This document shows, one piece after another, positions 1-1,428 of a DNA stretch of 1,428 nucleotides (positions are counted from its first letter, which is position 1; every line of letters begins with the position of its first letter). Under the pieces are notes generated by a model. It saw only the letters and a program-made list of their open reading frames with translations, had not been told where the DNA came from and did no database searches. The translations under genes and the position numbers were made by a program. This stretch comes from Escherichia coli (lineage in GTDB: Bacteria > Pseudomonadota > Gammaproteobacteria > Enterobacterales > Enterobacteriaceae), in the NCBI RefSeq assembly GCF_003334785.1, contig NZ_QOWV01000060.1; one strand, 5' to 3'.

Positions 1-119
1 GTGGAGGTGAAGGCCACGCCGGGTTCATGAAGATGGCGGTCCAGGGTTTTCAGGGCCCGTTGAATGAGGCTGCGCTCGCCGGGCGTCATCTCTCCGGGCA
101 GAAAGGAAAGCTGTTGCAT
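1..119 (-). CDS. RadC-like JAB/MPN-domain protein (YeeS/YfjY/YkfG family), 5' partial: only the N-terminal 39 codons are in the window, the C-terminus lies beyond position 1
   Basis: Manual minus-strand translation from the ATG at 119..117 gives MQQLSFLPGEMTPGERSLIQRALKTLDRHLHEPGVAFTS, open to the window edge. I recognise this as the N-terminus of the RadC-like proteins of E. coli CP4-type cryptic prophages. A purine-rich SD-like stretch GGAGAGAAG (124..132) lies 4-9 nt upstream. An in-frame ATG at 134..132, directly after the upstream stop (TGAATG), is an alternative start. Absent from the ORF track because the in-window part is short. Confidence 0.75.
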   Translation of the reverse strand, partial: MQQLSFLPGEMTPGERSLIQRALKTLDRHLHEPGVAFTS

Positions 120-123
120 TGTA

Positions 124-132
124 CTTCTCTCC
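124..132 (-). promoter_or_regulatory. Shine-Dalgarno-like ribosome-binding site for the RadC-like gene
   Basis: Minus-strand sequence reads TGA-ATGGAGAGAAGTACA-ATG; the GGAG/GAGAAG purine run sits at a suitable distance upstream of the ATG at 119. Confidence 0.5.
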
Positions 133-134
133 AT

Positions 135-608
135 TCAGTCGATGATGCGCATAATGGCGCTGCATTCCGGATGCTGCAGGGCGTAATCCCGCAGCCGGTA
201 ATAATGGACCGTCATGGCATAACACTCCGTACGACAGGCATGATGACTGTACGTCATCAGACAGGCAGCAATGCCGGCAGCTTCCGGACTCATTTCAGCG
301 CGGTTACCGTTCATGGCATTGAACAGTACCCATGTTTCGTCATCATCGTCATCCGGTTCGGGTGCCATAAATGCCCCGCCGTTGTTCAGGGTGTACAGAT
401 TCCAGATACCACCGCAGTAGTCTTCGCACAGACGGTCCATCCAGCCGAAGACACGGGGCTCCAGGGTCACCCACTGTGGAATGAGGCCAAAGTGCTGCGG
501 CCAGAAGCTGATGCGCTGTTCATCAGGGACGAGGGTGGCAACCAGTTGTTGCAGGTCAGTCTCCGGTGCACAGGCCGAGGAGGTGGTGTTCTGAGACAAT
601 GTTTTCAT
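135..608 (-). CDS. Antirestriction protein, ArdB/KlcA family (Pfam Antirestrict-type; YfjX/YafX-like), 157 aa, complete
   Basis: Minus-strand ORF ending at TGA (137..135). Protein from the internal ATG at 608..606: MKTLSQNTTSSACAPETDLQQLVATLVPDEQRISFWPQHFGLIPQWVTLEPRVFGWMDRLCEDYCGGIWNLYTLNNGGAFMAPEPDDDDDETWVLFNAMNGNRAEMSPEAAGIAACLMTYSHHACRTECYAMTVHYYRLRDYALQHPECSAIMRIID. The VPDxxRxxFWPxHFG...PQW, CxxYxGGxW, LxNGG, SxEAAGI, YxLRD and HPE motifs match my recollection of KlcA/ArdB-family proteins. This start is preferred over the track's ATG at 785 because it has a strong AAGGA ribosome-binding site 8 nt upstream and gives the typical family length of ~150-160 aa. Confidence 0.85.
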   Translation of the reverse strand: MKTLSQNTTSSACAPETDLQQLVATLVPDEQRISFWPQHFGLIPQWVTLEPRVFGWMDRLCEDYCGGIWNLYTLNNGGAFMAPEPDDDDDETWVLFNAMNGNRAEMSPEAAGIAACLMTYSHHACRTECYAMTVHYYRLRDYALQHPECSAIMRIID

Positions 609-616
609 GTATGAAA

Positions 617-621
617 TCCTT
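617..621 (-). promoter_or_regulatory. Shine-Dalgarno site (AAGGA) for the antirestriction gene
   Basis: Minus-strand sequence reads TTACAAGGATTTCATACATG; AAGGA lies 8 nt upstream of the ATG at 608. Confidence 0.65.
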
Positions 622-794
622 GTAATGTGAATAAATGAGAGGGAGTAAAGGTCGGGAGCTGGCAACATCACGTTCATCACTGACCGTGATGACCCGGTAA
701 TATCAGGGATGAATGATATTCGGCTGAAATTCCGGACAGCCGTACGCGTAACCGTTCCGGTCACAGACGGATGGCCTGATGCCATTGCCTGTAC

Positions 795-812
795 TCAGTC
801 TGCACAGACTGA
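795..812. repeat. 18 bp near-perfect palindrome tCAGTCTGcaCAGACTGa (candidate operator or short hairpin)
   Basis: Plus strand 795..812 is tcagtctgcacagactga: 8 bp arms (795..802 and 805..812) around a 2 bp centre. No downstream T-run on either strand, so it does not look like an intrinsic terminator. Confidence 0.45.
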
Positions 813-909
813 TTTCTCCGGGACGGTAAAGCAGACGGGTATACCAGGCGCACAGGTCATCATCAGAAATGGAACGACATCCCGGCAGCGCCTTCAGGGA
901 CAGGCTGCA

Positions 910-1428
910 TCAGCGCAGGCTCTCCAGCAGCGTTTCCGCCATCACCCACAATGCGCGGTTGAGCTTAATATCGGTGTCGATGCTGTGAATGGCACGGGTG
1001 TGGATACGTTTTCCTCTGGCACTGCGACCGGAAATCCCGCCTTTCAGCATATTCTCCTGGATGGTCTGATAAGTACTCCACAGGTCCTTACCGTAATCCT
1101 CCCTGCGTCGCGGTGTCAGAATGTCAGCGGTGGTGACGGGCTGATGTTCGTCACCATAACGGTAAGTCAGTGCCGCCTGTGCCAGCGCCTGGCGTGCCGG
1201 TGGCGGCAGAATCAGCGACTGCATGGCATCACGCTTTTCCTCAATCCGGTCAAAAACCCCCACCACCTCGTAAGCCCCTTCAATGACTCTGTCCACCACA
1301 TTTCCCCGGTGCGGAACACGCACTTCCCCCAGAGACTGACCACAGACGCATCCGTTCTGGCAGACGAACCTGAAGTAACCCGGCAGCATCTGGTAGCTGG
1401 AGGTACCGTCATGAGAGTTGAGCAGAAT
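910..1428 (-). CDS. DUF932-family protein (YfjQ/YafZ-like), 3' portion: C-terminal 172 codons plus stop are in the window, N-terminus lies beyond position 1428
   Basis: The track ORF 910..1389 (-) remains open in the same frame up to the window edge. Manual translation of 1428..1390 gives ILLNSHDGTSSYQ, running into MLPGYFRFVCQNGCVCG..., so the track's Met at 1389 is internal. The stop is TGA at 912..910. The NSHDG(T/S)S and FxCxNG motifs fit my recollection of DUF932 proteins, which commonly sit upstream of antirestriction genes in enterobacterial islands. The family label is less certain than the call that it is coding. Confidence 0.7.
   Translation of the reverse strand: MLLNSHDGTSSYQMLPGYFRFVCQNGCVCGQSLGEVRVPHRGNVVDRVIEGAYEVVGVFDRIEEKRDAMQSLILPPPARQALAQAALTYRYGDEHQPVTTADILTPRRREDYGKDLWSTYQTIQENMLKGGISGRSARGKRIHTRAIHSIDTDIKLNRALWVMAETLLESLR

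Larger units (their letters stand above)
609..909 (-). promoter_or_regulatory. Non-coding leader / putative promoter-operator region between the DUF932 gene and the antirestriction gene
   Basis: About 300 bp between the DUF932 stop (912..910) and the antirestriction start (608) with no convincing ORF; the only in-frame extension lacks a ribosome-binding site. Contains repeated CACAGAC(G/T)G motifs and a palindrome. I could not find a clean sigma70 -35/-10 pair by eye, so promoter placement is unresolved. Confidence 0.4.

Noticed and set aside
25-225. Minus-strand 66 aa ORF (MLCHDGPLLP...)
   Set aside because: It lies out of frame across the antirestriction 3' end and the RadC-like 5' end; its Pro/Arg/Ala-rich composition is typical of an off-frame read of real genes.
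27-614. Plus-strand 195 aa ORF (MKMAVQGFQG...)
   Set aside because: It is entirely antisense to the well-supported antirestriction and RadC-like genes, has no recognisable motifs or ribosome-binding site, and a long antisense open frame is expected by chance opposite a GC-rich coding region.
743-750. 8 bp palindrome TACGCGTA (contains an MluI-type ACGCGT site)
   Set aside because: A palindrome this short occurs frequently by chance and there is no supporting context; it is noted only as part of the structured leader.
795-863. Small 22-codon ORF (MMTCAPGIPVCFTVPEKSVCAD) in the leader, minus strand
   Set aside because: Very short, with no ribosome-binding site and no recognisable features; it cannot be separated from chance. 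It would only merit attention if conserved in homologous islands.
860-912. Possible intrinsic terminator downstream of the DUF932 stop
   Set aside because: No GC-rich hairpin followed by a T-run was found on the minus strand; only short direct repeats (CAGCGC) are present. Termination here is unsupported, and read-through into the antirestriction gene cannot be excluded.
1212-1412. Minus-strand 66 aa ORF (MTVPPATRCC...)
   Set aside because: It is completely nested, in an alternative frame, inside the DUF932 coding sequence, which has the better-supported frame with conserved motifs.
1-1428. A novel, previously undescribed defence or anti-defence system
   Set aside because: All three genes belong to well-known, widely distributed mobile-element families in a known arrangement. 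The unknowns are the functions of DUF932 and the RadC-like protein, not the existence of the module.

Overview
All three genes in this window are on the minus strand and together form the conserved DUF932 / antirestriction / RadC-like module found in Enterobacteriaceae integrative elements and cryptic prophages (E. coli CP4-6, CP4-44, CP4-57 type). Reading in transcription order: (1) the C-terminal 172 codons of a DUF932-family protein (910..1428, N-terminus beyond the window end); (2) a ~300 bp non-coding leader (609..909) carrying repeated CACAGAC(G/T)G motifs and an 18 bp palindrome; (3) a complete 157 aa ArdB/KlcA-family antirestriction protein (135..608); (4) after a 15 bp spacer, the first 39 codons of a RadC-like (JAB/MPN) protein (1..119), which the ORF track missed because only a short piece lies in the window. 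The plus-strand 195 aa ORF is antisense to the antirestriction gene and is judged spurious. Family assignments come from my recall of conserved motifs, not from a database search. I do not see a new system here; the most interesting unexplained part is the structured leader upstream of the antirestriction gene.
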